The notes: generated from the letters alone by a model not told the origin. Counted from the stretch's first letter, positions 25,037-33,299 are shown. The stretch: 35,075 bases of DNA from Steroidobacteraceae bacterium (GCA_036270175.1 DATBCZ010000102.1:1-35075), one strand, 5' to 3'. Program-made: numbers and translations.

Positions 25037-25054
25037 CGCAACATTGTTGCGCAA
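25037..25054. promoter_or_regulatory. Overlapping palindromes in the lrp / small-protein divergent spacer
   Basis: CGCAAC-att-GTTGCG (25037-25051) overlaps TTGCGCAA (25047-25054). It sits in the 102-bp divergent intergenic region. Confidence 0.3.
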
Positions 25055-25108
25055 GGGCGGCCTTTTTGCCATACCTTCGCAACCGGGTAGCTCACCCATG
25101 GGGCTAGG

Positions 25109-25384
25109 ATGTTCAGCATGAGCTTCCACCGACTGTTCACCGAGCATCCCGAATCCGTAGGCGAGAGCTACGGGGAGCACTTGGGGCGCGCGTGGTGGTT
25201 CGGTGGACGCATGGTGATGGCCGGCCTGGCCTGCATGCTGCACGCCCTGCTGCCATTCCTCTTTGTCCACACCGGCAGCGAGGCGATCGACGAGCTCCAC
25301 GCCCGTATGCAAGCCACCCGACGCCGGGCAGCGGCGTCAAAACCGCCTGTGGGCGCCTCTCAGCTGGCGTCCGCCGGCGAGTGA
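25109..25384 (+). CDS. Small conserved membrane protein (I recall this family as DUF6356)
   Basis: 91 aa. FHRLFTEHPESVGESYGEHLGRAWWFGGRMVMAGLACMLHALLPFLFVHTGSEAIDELHARM matches a conserved small family seen in proteobacteria. The DUF number is from memory. The alternative start is ATG 25118. Confidence 0.65.
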   Translation: MFSMSFHRLFTEHPESVGESYGEHLGRAWWFGGRMVMAGLACMLHALLPFLFVHTGSEAIDELHARMQATRRRAAASKPPVGASQLASAGE

Positions 25385-26205
25385 ATCACGTAGCCGCCTG
25401 ACTTATCGTCGCGCTCCAGCCCGATGAGGCGGCGCTTCGCGGCTTCTTCCAGCAAGGTATTGAAGGAGCGGAAGCCGTAGTAGCTTTCGTTGAACCCGGG
25501 GCTGCGCCGCTTCAGGGTCTGCTTCACCATCGAGCCCCAGATCTTGTCCTCCGCACCGCGCTCGGCGAGCAGAGCGTCAATGGTGGCCATGACGAGATCG
25601 AAAGCCTCCTGCTTCTTGTCCTCGTCCTTCGACTCTTCCTTGCTGTCGCTGGCGGCGTGGGCCGGCTGTGCGGCCGCGGCGGCTTGCGCCGAGGCGCGTT
25701 TGCGGGGGGTGCGCCGTGTTTTCATCTGCTCGCGGACGAGGTCGTCGTAGTAGATGAATTCGTCGCAATTGGCGATCAGCAGATCGGAGGTCGAATTCTT
25801 CACACCGACGCCGATGACTCCCTTGTTGTTCTCGCGCAGCTTGCTGACGAGTGGAGAGAAATCCGATTCGCCGCTGATGACGACGAATGTGTCGACGTGC
25901 GGTTTTGTATAACAGAGATCCAGAGCGTCGACGACCATGCGGATGTCGGCCGAATTCTTACCGGACTGCTTCACGTGGGGGATCTCGATGAGCTCGAAAC
26001 CCGCGTGGTGCATGCCGGCCTTGAATTCCTTGTAGCGCTCCCAGTCGCAGTAGGCCTTCTTTACGACTATGGAACCCTTGAGTAGCAGTCGCTCGAGTAC
26101 CCGGGTGATGTCGAATTGCGCGTAGCGTGCATCGCGCACGCCCAGGGCGATGTTCTCGAAGTCGCAGAACAGCGCGAGGTTGGTGGTCTCGGCCCCCGAG
26201 GGCAT
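25360..26205 (-). CDS. NYN-domain (PIN-like RNase, LabA-like) protein with C-terminal OST-HTH/LOTUS domain
   Basis: 281 aa. NYN core: LALFCDFENI..., AYCDWERY..., GKNSADIRMVVDALDL..., VDTFVVISGESDFSPLVSKLRENNK.VIGVG. An acidic/Ala linker follows, then a LOTUS-like region (WGSMVKQTLKRRSPGFNESYYGFRSFNTLLEEAAKRRLIGLERD). It overlaps the convergent upstream gene by 25 nt. Confidence 0.85.
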   Translation of the reverse strand: MPSGAETTNLALFCDFENIALGVRDARYAQFDITRVLERLLLKGSIVVKKAYCDWERYKEFKAGMHHAGFELIEIPHVKQSGKNSADIRMVVDALDLCYTKPHVDTFVVISGESDFSPLVSKLRENNKGVIGVGVKNSTSDLLIANCDEFIYYDDLVREQMKTRRTPRKRASAQAAAAAQPAHAASDSKEESKDEDKKQEAFDLVMATIDALLAERGAEDKIWGSMVKQTLKRRSPGFNESYYGFRSFNTLLEEAAKRRLIGLERDDKSGGYVIHSPADAS

Positions 26206-26212
26206 GGGTTTG

Positions 26213-26246
26213 CTCCGCAGCTTCGGCGGTTGCCGAAGCTGCGGAG
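26213..26246 (-). promoter_or_regulatory. Perfect 15-bp inverted repeat with 4-nt loop that contains the NYN gene Shine-Dalgarno
   Basis: ctccgcagcttcggc (26213-26227) / ggtt / gccgaagctgcggag (26232-26246). All 15 pairs are Watson-Crick (11 G-C), checked by hand. On the - strand mRNA it reads CUCCGCAGCUUCGGC-AACC-GCCGAAGCUGCGGAG-CAAACCC-AUG. The only GGAG, at ideal 7-nt spacing, is therefore the last 4 nt of the 3' arm. Confidence 0.6.
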
Positions 26247-26279
26247 TCTGACAGGAGTGCGTCGGCGTGGGGTGGAGTT

Positions 26280-26612
26280 TTAAGGCTCGGTGTCCTGCGG
26301 TCCGGAGGTGCCGCCCGGCGGGGTTTCGTCGGTCTCCTGCGAGGTTGCCTCGGTCTCGGGCTGTGCGGGCTTGCCCGGAAACGCCGAGCTTTCGATGTTC
26401 TCGATGAGCCGCTGCGCCCGGCGCGCATCGCAGATCTTCCTGAGCATGAGCACCTTCAGCGCCGAGCCCAGGTGCTCTGTCAGGGCGCTCATGATGACCG
26501 TCATGTCATAGCGCCGGCCGAGTTTCTCCAGCAGCTTGTTGATGTCCTCGACACACGCCAGCAGGTTTTCGTCGAAGGTGCCACGTCCCGCCGCGCTAGA
26601 ATTTCCCGTCAT
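26280..26612 (-). CDS. Hypothetical 110-aa protein (helical core plus acidic/Pro-rich tail), no family recognised
   Basis: ORF 26280..26858 trimmed to ATG 26612, with agaagagg upstream. Sequence: MTGNSSAAGRGTFDENLLACVEDINKLLEKLGRRYDMTVIMSALTEHLGSALKVLMLRKICDARRAQRLIENIESSAF... followed by PETEATSQETDETPPGGTSGPQDTEP. It is on the same strand as the NYN gene, 74 nt upstream of it. Confidence 0.55.
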   Translation of the reverse strand: MTGNSSAAGRGTFDENLLACVEDINKLLEKLGRRYDMTVIMSALTEHLGSALKVLMLRKICDARRAQRLIENIESSAFPGKPAQPETEATSQETDETPPGGTSGPQDTEP

Positions 26613-26746
26613 ACATCGACCTCTTCTTGGTTGTGGGTCTCGCTGTCGCGAGTCTGCAGGGGTGGATTTGTAGGATATGACCCGTGGACCAAATGCCACA
26701 AGGACGTGAATCATCTTCGGCACGCGCGAGCGATTCCGGCTGCGAT

Positions 26747-26980
26747 ATGCGTGTAGAACAGATTTCGACAGTATTCGGACAAGTGTTGCGTGAGCAGCGC
26801 ATTTCGCGTGATCTCTCGCAAGAGCAGCTCGCGCTGGCCGCCGATGTCGATCGGACATTCGTCAGCCAGATGGAGCGCGGCATCCGCCAACCCACCATCA
26901 CCACGCTCATGAAGCTCGCCGGCGCCCTGGGAATCCAACCGTCCACGCTCGTCATCCGAATGGAAAAACTGATGCGCTGA
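26747..26980 (+). CDS. XRE-family helix-turn-helix transcriptional regulator (77 aa)
   Basis: ORF trimmed to ATG 26747. FGQVLREQRISRDLSQEQLALAADVDRTFVSQMERGIRQPTITTLMKLAGALGIQPSTLV is a canonical Cro/C1 HTH_3 domain. It is divergent from the 110-aa gene, with a 134-bp spacer. Confidence 0.85.
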   Translation: MRVEQISTVFGQVLREQRISRDLSQEQLALAADVDRTFVSQMERGIRQPTITTLMKLAGALGIQPSTLVIRMEKLMR

Positions 26981-27047
26981 GTGTGCGATAGGCGCACCGC
27001 ATCATTCCATCCTGCTGCGCCGCAAAGACTGGAAGTCCACCTGCGCG

Positions 27048-27094
27048 CCCCGGGCTAGGCGCCCCCGCCTACGCGGCCCGGGCTAGGCGCCCCC
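27048..27094. repeat. Tandem GC-rich REP-like repeat (two copies, 28-bp period)
   Basis: The 17-mer cccgggctaggcgcccc occurs at 27049-27065 and 27077-27093. Internal hairpin potential: TAGGC(27056-60)/GCCTA(27067-71), nested in CCGGGC(27050-55)/GCCCGG(27076-81). It lies in the intergenic spacer between the XRE gene and the GGDEF-EAL gene. Confidence 0.55.
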
Positions 27095-27171
27095 TCAATT
27101 CTCCCGAAGAGTGACCTCGATCACGTTCTGCTAGTGCGCTGCCGCGGGCTTCTGCCGAAACAGCTCAAAGC

Positions 27172-29481
27172 ATGCGCAAAAAAATACTATGGGCTGCCTG
27201 CCTGGCCGCAATGGTGCTGATTGTCGGGGTGTTCTATGCGGCCCGAACCGTACTGAGCCACAGCTTCGCCAGTATCGAGGCCGATGAGGCCCGGCAGAGC
27301 AGCGAGCGGGTCCGGCAGGCGTTGCAGGCGGATCTGCACCAGCTCGATGTGGCAGTCGAGGACTATGCCCTTTGGGACGATTTCTACGACTTCGTGAAGT
27401 CCGGCGCACGAGAGCATATCGATCATTACTTCTCACGGCGGGGCCTGGACAACATTCACGTGGATGTCGTGTGGGTAGTCGACGATCAGGGCCGAACGCT
27501 CTTGCAGCTCGACACCGACGCCCCGGCCGGAGGGCTGACACAACTCAGCCCGGCTACGTTGGCGAGCCTGCGGAGTTATACCTCGCTGCTGCGGGCAACG
27601 CCGGATACCTTGAAACGGCCCGCGCAATTGGTGCGCATGCCGCTGGGCGCCATGGCTGTCGCGGTCCGCCCAATCAACCGCGATCTGCGGCCGGCCGCGA
27701 GCGCCGGCACCTTGGTGTTTGGACGTTATTTCCGCACCGGCCTCATTGAACGCCTGGAGCAGACCAGTCAGTCCCCGGTGCGGGCCACCTTGCTGGATGA
27801 GCGAGGCAGGCCGTTACTGAGCGTGCCCCCGGCAGTCGGCGAGTGGCTCGCCTCGGTCGGATCCGGCCCGGACCTGCTCATCCAGACGGGCGATCCCGCG
27901 ACTTTGCGCACTCACGCCCTGCTCCGTGACGTCGAGGGCCGGCCGCTGGTCGTACTCTCCACAACCGTCGCGCGCGCGGCGCTCCAGATCGGCAAGCGGA
28001 CCATCACCTGGGTGGTGGCGGCACTGCTGTGCGGTTTTGCCCTGGTGGTCGCGCTGTTGGTCTCATTGCTCAACAGGAGCTGGCGCAGTCGCGCGGCCGC
28101 CCAACGGCAGTGGCTCGATCACCAGCGCAAGATGTCGCGGCTCGCGCGTCGTGATGCGCTCACCGGTCTGCCTAACAGGCTGCACCTGCAGAGACTGCTG
28201 CCGCGCCTGTTGGCACGAGCCGCCCGCGACGGCTCACGCCTCGCGCTGTTGAATCTGGATCTCGATCACTTCAAAAACGTCAATGACTCGCTCGGTCATG
28301 GCAGCGGCGACCGGTTGCTGGCGGCCGTCGCGCAGCGTCTGCGCTCAGTGGTTGCGGCTCACGACATCGTGGTGCGGATGGGCGGTGACGAGTTCGTCAT
28401 CGTGGCGACCCTGCTGCCCGATGCAGTAATCGTTGACTCGATCGCGGAGCGCGTCCGCAGTGCCATCGCGGTGCCGCTCGACATCGATGGCGTTACTTTA
28501 TCGGTGGTGCCGAGCATCGGGATCAGTGTCTATCCCGAGGATGGTACCGATCCCGAGCAACTGCTCAAACACGCGGACATTGCGCTCTACACGGCGAAGG
28601 ACCGGGGTCGCGGTAATCATCAGTTCTACACACCGGAGATGAACGCGCGCCTGCGCGAGCGACTCGGACTCGAGCGCGCCCTGCGGCAGGCGCTCGACAA
28701 CAACGAACTGTTTGTCGAGTACCAGCCGTGCGTCGACCTGCAGACGTTGCGGACGGTGAGTCTCGAAGCGCTCATCCGCTGGCGCACCGATGACGGCACC
28801 TACATTCCGCCGTCGCGTTTCATCCCGATCGCGGAGCAGAGCAACCTCATCGTGGAGATCGGCGCTTATGTCCTCAGGCGAGTATGTTTGCAACTGAGCG
28901 AGTGGCAGCGTGAGCGCCTGCCGCTCGTGCCCGTGTCGGTCAATATCTCGGTGCGCCAGTTCGAGACGACCCCCCTGGCGAGTGTCGTTTCGGGACTGGC
29001 ACAGGAACTCGGCATCGACGCGAGCCTGCTGCATTTCGAGATTACCGAAAGCGCCGCCATGCAGAATTCGCAGCAACAGCTGGGCTCGCTCCAGGCGCTG
29101 CGTAACCTCGGCTCGCGGATCCTGATCGACGACTTCGGTACCGGGTATTCGAGCCTCAGCTATCTCAAGCACTTGCCCATCGATACGCTGAAGATCGACC
29201 GCGCGTTCGTGCGCGATATGGCTTCTGACGCCAACGACGCGGCGATCGTGCGTGCCATTGTCGGAGTGGCCAAGAGCCTTGGCCTCATGCTCGTGGCGGA
29301 AGGCATCGAGTCCGCGGAGCAGCTCGATTGTCTGCGCCGGCTGGGGTGCGAGTGCGGGCAGGGGTTTTTCTTCAGTCCGTCGGTATCCGCCGAGGATTGC
29401 CGCAATATGCTGTGGCAGTTGCGCGGCCCGCGCGCGTCGTTGGAGGCGCCCAAACTGCGTCTGTTGAACCCAGTGAACTAA
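27172..29481 (+). CDS. CHASE4 sensor - TM - GGDEF - EAL protein (bifunctional-type c-di-GMP cyclase/phosphodiesterase)
   Basis: 769 aa. An N-terminal TM segment is followed by a periplasmic domain with the CHASE4-typical EDYALWDDFYDFV, then a second TM. The GGDEF domain is RDALTGLPNR, DLDHFKNVNDSLGH, RMGGDEFVIV. The EAL domain is EALIRW, RFIPIAE, NIS, EITES, DDFGTGYSSLSYL, LKIDRAFV, EGIE, GQGFFF. Confidence 0.9.
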   Translation: MRKKILWAACLAAMVLIVGVFYAARTVLSHSFASIEADEARQSSERVRQALQADLHQLDVAVEDYALWDDFYDFVKSGAREHIDHYFSRRGLDNIHVDVVWVVDDQGRTLLQLDTDAPAGGLTQLSPATLASLRSYTSLLRATPDTLKRPAQLVRMPLGAMAVAVRPINRDLRPAASAGTLVFGRYFRTGLIERLEQTSQSPVRATLLDERGRPLLSVPPAVGEWLASVGSGPDLLIQTGDPATLRTHALLRDVEGRPLVVLSTTVARAALQIGKRTITWVVAALLCGFALVVALLVSLLNRSWRSRAAAQRQWLDHQRKMSRLARRDALTGLPNRLHLQRLLPRLLARAARDGSRLALLNLDLDHFKNVNDSLGHGSGDRLLAAVAQRLRSVVAAHDIVVRMGGDEFVIVATLLPDAVIVDSIAERVRSAIAVPLDIDGVTLSVVPSIGISVYPEDGTDPEQLLKHADIALYTAKDRGRGNHQFYTPEMNARLRERLGLERALRQALDNNELFVEYQPCVDLQTLRTVSLEALIRWRTDDGTYIPPSRFIPIAEQSNLIVEIGAYVLRRVCLQLSEWQRERLPLVPVSVNISVRQFETTPLASVVSGLAQELGIDASLLHFEITESAAMQNSQQQLGSLQALRNLGSRILIDDFGTGYSSLSYLKHLPIDTLKIDRAFVRDMASDANDAAIVRAIVGVAKSLGLMLVAEGIESAEQLDCLRRLGCECGQGFFFSPSVSAEDCRNMLWQLRGPRASLEAPKLRLLNPVN

Positions 29482-29507
29482 AGTCCCATGCCGTGAGATA
29501 ATGGCTC

Positions 29508-30119
29508 ATGGCTGCAAAAACAAAAACCACGGTGTCTCGCGAGGACGCCGAGGACGCTGTGCGCACCCTGCTGCGCTGGGCCGGGGACGATCCAGATCGC
29601 GAAGGGTTGCTCGAGACGCCCAAGCGGGTGGTCAATGCCTATAGCGACTGGTTCTCGGGATATGAGATCGATCCCGCCGACTATCTGCGACGCACGTTCG
29701 AGGAGGTCGGCGGCTACGACGAGATGGTAGTGCTACGCGATATCTCGTTCGAGTCGCACTGTGAGCACCACATGGCACCCATCATCGGTCGGGTGCACGT
29801 AGGCTACCTGCCAACCAACAAAGTCGTCGGCATCAGCAAGCTCGCGCGGGTCGTGGACGGTTATGCGCGTCGTTTCCAGGTGCAGGAGAAGTTGACTGCG
29901 CAGATCGCCAACTGCATCACCGAGGTACTGAAACCGCGCGGCGCCGGCGTTGTCATCGACGCCGTTCACCAGTGTATGACCACCCGTGGAGTGCATAAGC
30001 GCGGCGTGTCGATGATTACGAGCCGGATGACGGGAAGTTTTCGCGAGGATGCACGCACGCGCTCGGAGTTCCTCCAGTTCATCGGCATTCACAGCGTCAG
30101 GCAGCAGTCAGGGCCCTAG
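29508..30119 (+). CDS. folE: GTP cyclohydrolase I (FolE, type 1)
   Basis: 203 aa. [33 protein letters not shown]...[23 protein letters not shown] and HQCMTTRGV are canonical FolE motifs. Confidence 0.95.
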   Translation: MAAKTKTTVSREDAEDAVRTLLRWAGDDPDREGLLETPKRVVNAYSDWFSGYEIDPADYLRRTFEEVGGYDEMVVLRDISFESHCEHHMAPIIGRVHVGYLPTNKVVGISKLARVVDGYARRFQVQEKLTAQIANCITEVLKPRGAGVVIDAVHQCMTTRGVHKRGVSMITSRMTGSFREDARTRSEFLQFIGIHSVRQQSGP

Positions 30120-30226
30120 CCGCAGGTCACTGGTAGGTCACCTGCTCCCGCTCGTAAGCCATGTCCGAATACACATAGAGGTAGGCTTGGGACCGCGGGC
30201 CTCATGTCTCCTATGTCATACAGCTG

Positions 30227-31363
30227 TCAGCGGCTGCGCGGCTCGGTTTTCTTGAAGTCCGCCGGCACTTCGAACAGGTCGGCGCTCACGCCCGCAGTCG
30301 AGATCGACACCAACTCCGAGTTCATGGTGATCAGCGGCACCAGGCCGTCGGGCAAGGCGGGCGCGGCCGCGGGAGTTGCCGGGTCGGTGCTGGCCGGCGC
30401 GGCCGGCGCGTCATCCTTCTTGCGATGAAAGATCGAGCCGAGCTTGCCGGCCATCTGGCCGGCGAGACCGCCGGGCGTAGTGGGTGTGCTGGCGGCGCTG
30501 TTGTCGGAGTTCTGTGACGGCGGCGGCTGTTGCGCGTTCTTGCATTGCTCGCCGCCGAAGGCGAATGCGAACGTCGTTCTGACCGGGTAGCCCTTGAGAT
30601 CCTTGGTTTTGGCGCTGATCTGGCTCCAGATGCCCTGGTAACGGCCAAACATCGCCTGGGCGCGCTGGTTGATGTCCCCGCCGCCCCCATACCCACCGTG
30701 ACCGGATGTCAGGTCCAGGCCCAACTTCTGGGCGTAGGCGCGGTGAAACTTCTCCGCCTCGGTGTTGGCGCTGAGTGACGGAGCGAGCCATTCGTCCAGG
30801 GACAGCGCCACTTCGCAGATCGCACCCGTCTCCTTGTCCTTGCAAGGCTGGGAGGCGGTGATGGTGAGCCGCTCGGCCTCGTAGCCGGCGTAGGTGGCCT
30901 TTTCGCCCGAGCGACGCACGTCGACTTTCGGATCGAGCCATTCACACTTCGAGTCGTCCATGGGCTTCTGGCCTTCCTGGGGCCCCGGGTCCTTGCTGTC
31001 CTTTTCCTGGGCCTTGTCGAGGGCTTGCTGGAGGCGCGCGCGCAGCTCCTCGAATGTCTGCTCGGTGTATTGTTTTTTGTTCAGATCCAGGCGGTCGATC
31101 TTGTCCGCATCGAGTCGGACGATTTCCGCGGTGGGCCCGACCGCGCCATGCGCCAGCATGCGGACGAGCCGCGATTGAAGTTGTATGTCACTGTCGGTGC
31201 GCAGGCGTTCGCCCGAAATCGTGGTCTTCGTCGTTCCGGACATGTTGCCGGCGCTCATGATGCCGACACCCGTGACCGCGACCCGGTTCTCGACGGTAAC
31301 ATCCGCGGACGCCACGCTCGTGGCCAAGATTAATGTGGCGGCGCCGCACAGTATTCTGGACAT
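30227..31363 (-). CDS. Secreted hypothetical protein with Gly-rich and Pro/Ala-rich low-complexity inserts (possibly DUF4412-like)
   Basis: 378 aa. It has a signal peptide (MSRILCGAATLILATSVASA|DV) and beta-rich ends (TTKTTISGERLRTDSD...; ELVSISTAGVSADLFEVPADFKK). It also has a charged coiled segment, a GHGGYGGGGD stretch and PPPSQNSDNSAASTPTTPGG. The DUF4412 resemblance is a weak recollection. Confidence 0.6.
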   Translation of the reverse strand: MSRILCGAATLILATSVASADVTVENRVAVTGVGIMSAGNMSGTTKTTISGERLRTDSDIQLQSRLVRMLAHGAVGPTAEIVRLDADKIDRLDLNKKQYTEQTFEELRARLQQALDKAQEKDSKDPGPQEGQKPMDDSKCEWLDPKVDVRRSGEKATYAGYEAERLTITASQPCKDKETGAICEVALSLDEWLAPSLSANTEAEKFHRAYAQKLGLDLTSGHGGYGGGGDINQRAQAMFGRYQGIWSQISAKTKDLKGYPVRTTFAFAFGGEQCKNAQQPPPSQNSDNSAASTPTTPGGLAGQMAGKLGSIFHRKKDDAPAAPASTDPATPAAAPALPDGLVPLITMNSELVSISTAGVSADLFEVPADFKKTEPRSR

Positions 31364-31472
31364 GGAGAATCCCCCTGTTCAATGTTTGTAAGACATCGTA
31401 ACAGAGGAAGAGCGGCGCGCCGACACACCGCTGCACGCCGCCGGCGCCGCTGCCGCGCGGGACTTCGGTCCT

Positions 31473-33299
31473 CTACGCGGTCAAAGCGGCGCTGCCCGAG
31501 CGCGAGGTGCGCTTGCGGTCGGTTTCCTTCAGGAAGCGCTTGCGGATCCGGATCGACACCGGCGTGACTTCCACGAGTTCGTCGTCCGCGATGAACTCGA
31601 CCGCGTACTCGAGCGTGAGCTGGATCGGCGGTGTCAGAAGGATGGCGTCATCCTTGCCCGCGGCCCGGATGTTGGTCAGCTTCTTGGTCTTGATAGGGTT
31701 CACCACGAGATCGTTCTCGCGGCTGTGAATGCCGATGATCATGCCCTCGTAGACCTTCTCGCCGTGGCTCACGAACATTCGCCCGCGCTCCTGCAGGTTG
31801 AATATCGAGTACGCCACGGCCTCACCCTGCTCGTTGCTGATGAGCACGCCGTTGTGACGGTCGGGAATTTCGCCTTTCACCGGCGCGAAGCCGTCGAAAA
31901 TGTGGCTCATGAGGCCGGTGCCACGGGTGAGGGTCATGAACTCGCCCTGGAATCCGATCAGTCCGCGGGCGGGCACGCGATATTCGAGGCGCGCGCGGCC
32001 GTTACCGATCGCCATGTCGCTGAGCTCTGCGCGGCGCGTGCCGAGGGCTTCCATGACGGCGCCCTGGTTCCCTTCGTCGATGTCGACCGTGAGGGCTTCG
32101 TATGGCTCATGAACTTCGCCGTCGACGATCTTCGTCAGCACCTGTGGCCGGGAGACGGCCAACTCGTAGCCCTCGCGACGCATGTTCTCGATGAGGATCG
32201 TGAGATGCAACTCGCCACGGCCGGAGACGCGCATGACGTCGGGCTCTTCGGTATCGTCCACGCGCAGCGCCACGTTGCTCTGCAGTTCGCGCAGCAGGCG
32301 CTCACGAATCTGGCGGCTGGTGACGTACTTGCCCTCGCGGCCCGCGAGGGGTGAGGTGTTCACCTGGAAGTTCATGGCGAGCGTCGGCTCATCGACGCGG
32401 ATCGGCGGCAGACCTTCGGCCGCTTCCGGATCGCAGACCGTTATGCCGATGTTGACGTCCTCGATGCCGGTGATCGCGACGATGTCTCCGGCAGAGGCTT
32501 CCTCCACCGGGACGCGAGCCAGGCCGGTGAAGGTCAGAACCTGTTGGACCTTGGCGAGTCCACGATCTTCGGCGCCGAAGCGCAGGGCGACCTGCTGTCC
32601 CGGACGGACCGAGCCGCGACGGATACGGCCGATGCCGATACGGCCGACGTAAGAGTTGTAGTCGAGGGTGGAAATCTGGAACTGCAGGGGCTTGTCGACC
32701 TGCGCGTCCGGCGGCGGGACGTACGCCAACACGGCTTCGAACAGCGCCGACATGTCCGGGCGACGCTCCGTATGGTCCGTGCTCGCCCAGCCTTGCAGGG
32801 CCGATGCGTAGATCACAGGGAAGTCGAGCTGCGCATCGGTGGCCCCGAGCTTGTCGAACAGCTCGAAGGTCTGGTCGATGACCCAACCCGGACGGGCTCC
32901 CGGGCGATCGATCTTGTTCACGACCACGATGGCCTTCAGGCCCAGCGCCAGCGCCTTGCGCGTAACGAAACGCGTCTGCGGCATCGGTCCCTCGACGGCA
33001 TCGACGAGCAGCAACACGCCGTCCACCATCGACAGCACACGCTCGACCTCACCGCCGAAATCGGCGTGGCCGGGGGTGTCGACGATATTGATACGCGTGC
33101 CGCCGTACTCGATGGCGCAGTTCTTCGCCAGAATGGTGATGCCGCGCTCTTTCTCGATGTCGTTCGAGTCCATGATCCGCTCGCCCATTTTTTCATGGGC
33201 GGCGAATGTGCCGGACTGCTTCAGCAGGCAGTCGACCAGGGTGGTCTTGCCATGGTCGACGTGCGCGATAATGGCGATGTTGCGGATCGGGCGGTTCAT
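31473..33299 (-). CDS. typA: Translational GTPase TypA/BipA
   Basis: 608 aa. [46 protein letters not shown] and VVNKIDR are present, and the full-length architecture is that of BipA. Confidence 0.97.
   Translation of the reverse strand: MNRPIRNIAIIAHVDHGKTTLVDCLLKQSGTFAAHEKMGERIMDSNDIEKERGITILAKNCAIEYGGTRINIVDTPGHADFGGEVERVLSMVDGVLLLVDAVEGPMPQTRFVTRKALALGLKAIVVVNKIDRPGARPGWVIDQTFELFDKLGATDAQLDFPVIYASALQGWASTDHTERRPDMSALFEAVLAYVPPPDAQVDKPLQFQISTLDYNSYVGRIGIGRIRRGSVRPGQQVALRFGAEDRGLAKVQQVLTFTGLARVPVEEASAGDIVAITGIEDVNIGITVCDPEAAEGLPPIRVDEPTLAMNFQVNTSPLAGREGKYVTSRQIRERLLRELQSNVALRVDDTEEPDVMRVSGRGELHLTILIENMRREGYELAVSRPQVLTKIVDGEVHEPYEALTVDIDEGNQGAVMEALGTRRAELSDMAIGNGRARLEYRVPARGLIGFQGEFMTLTRGTGLMSHIFDGFAPVKGEIPDRHNGVLISNEQGEAVAYSIFNLQERGRMFVSHGEKVYEGMIIGIHSRENDLVVNPIKTKKLTNIRAAGKDDAILLTPPIQLTLEYAVEFIADDELVEVTPVSIRIRKRFLKETDRKRTSRSGSAALTA

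Noticed and set aside
27178-27184. A7 homopolymer at codons 3-5 of the CHASE4-GGDEF-EAL gene, as a possible slipped-strand phase-variation site.
   Set aside because: It simply encodes Lys-Lys in a typical basic N-terminus before the TM segment. Seven A residues is short for phase variation, and there is no evidence of alternative frames giving a product.
30122-30145. Hairpin GCAGGT...ACCTGC just after the folE stop, and weak GC hairpins after typA (31440-31480) and the XRE gene (26983-26998).
   Set aside because: The stems are short (5-8 bp) with no U-tract. In DNA this GC-rich such stems arise frequently by chance. They may be terminators but I cannot support them.
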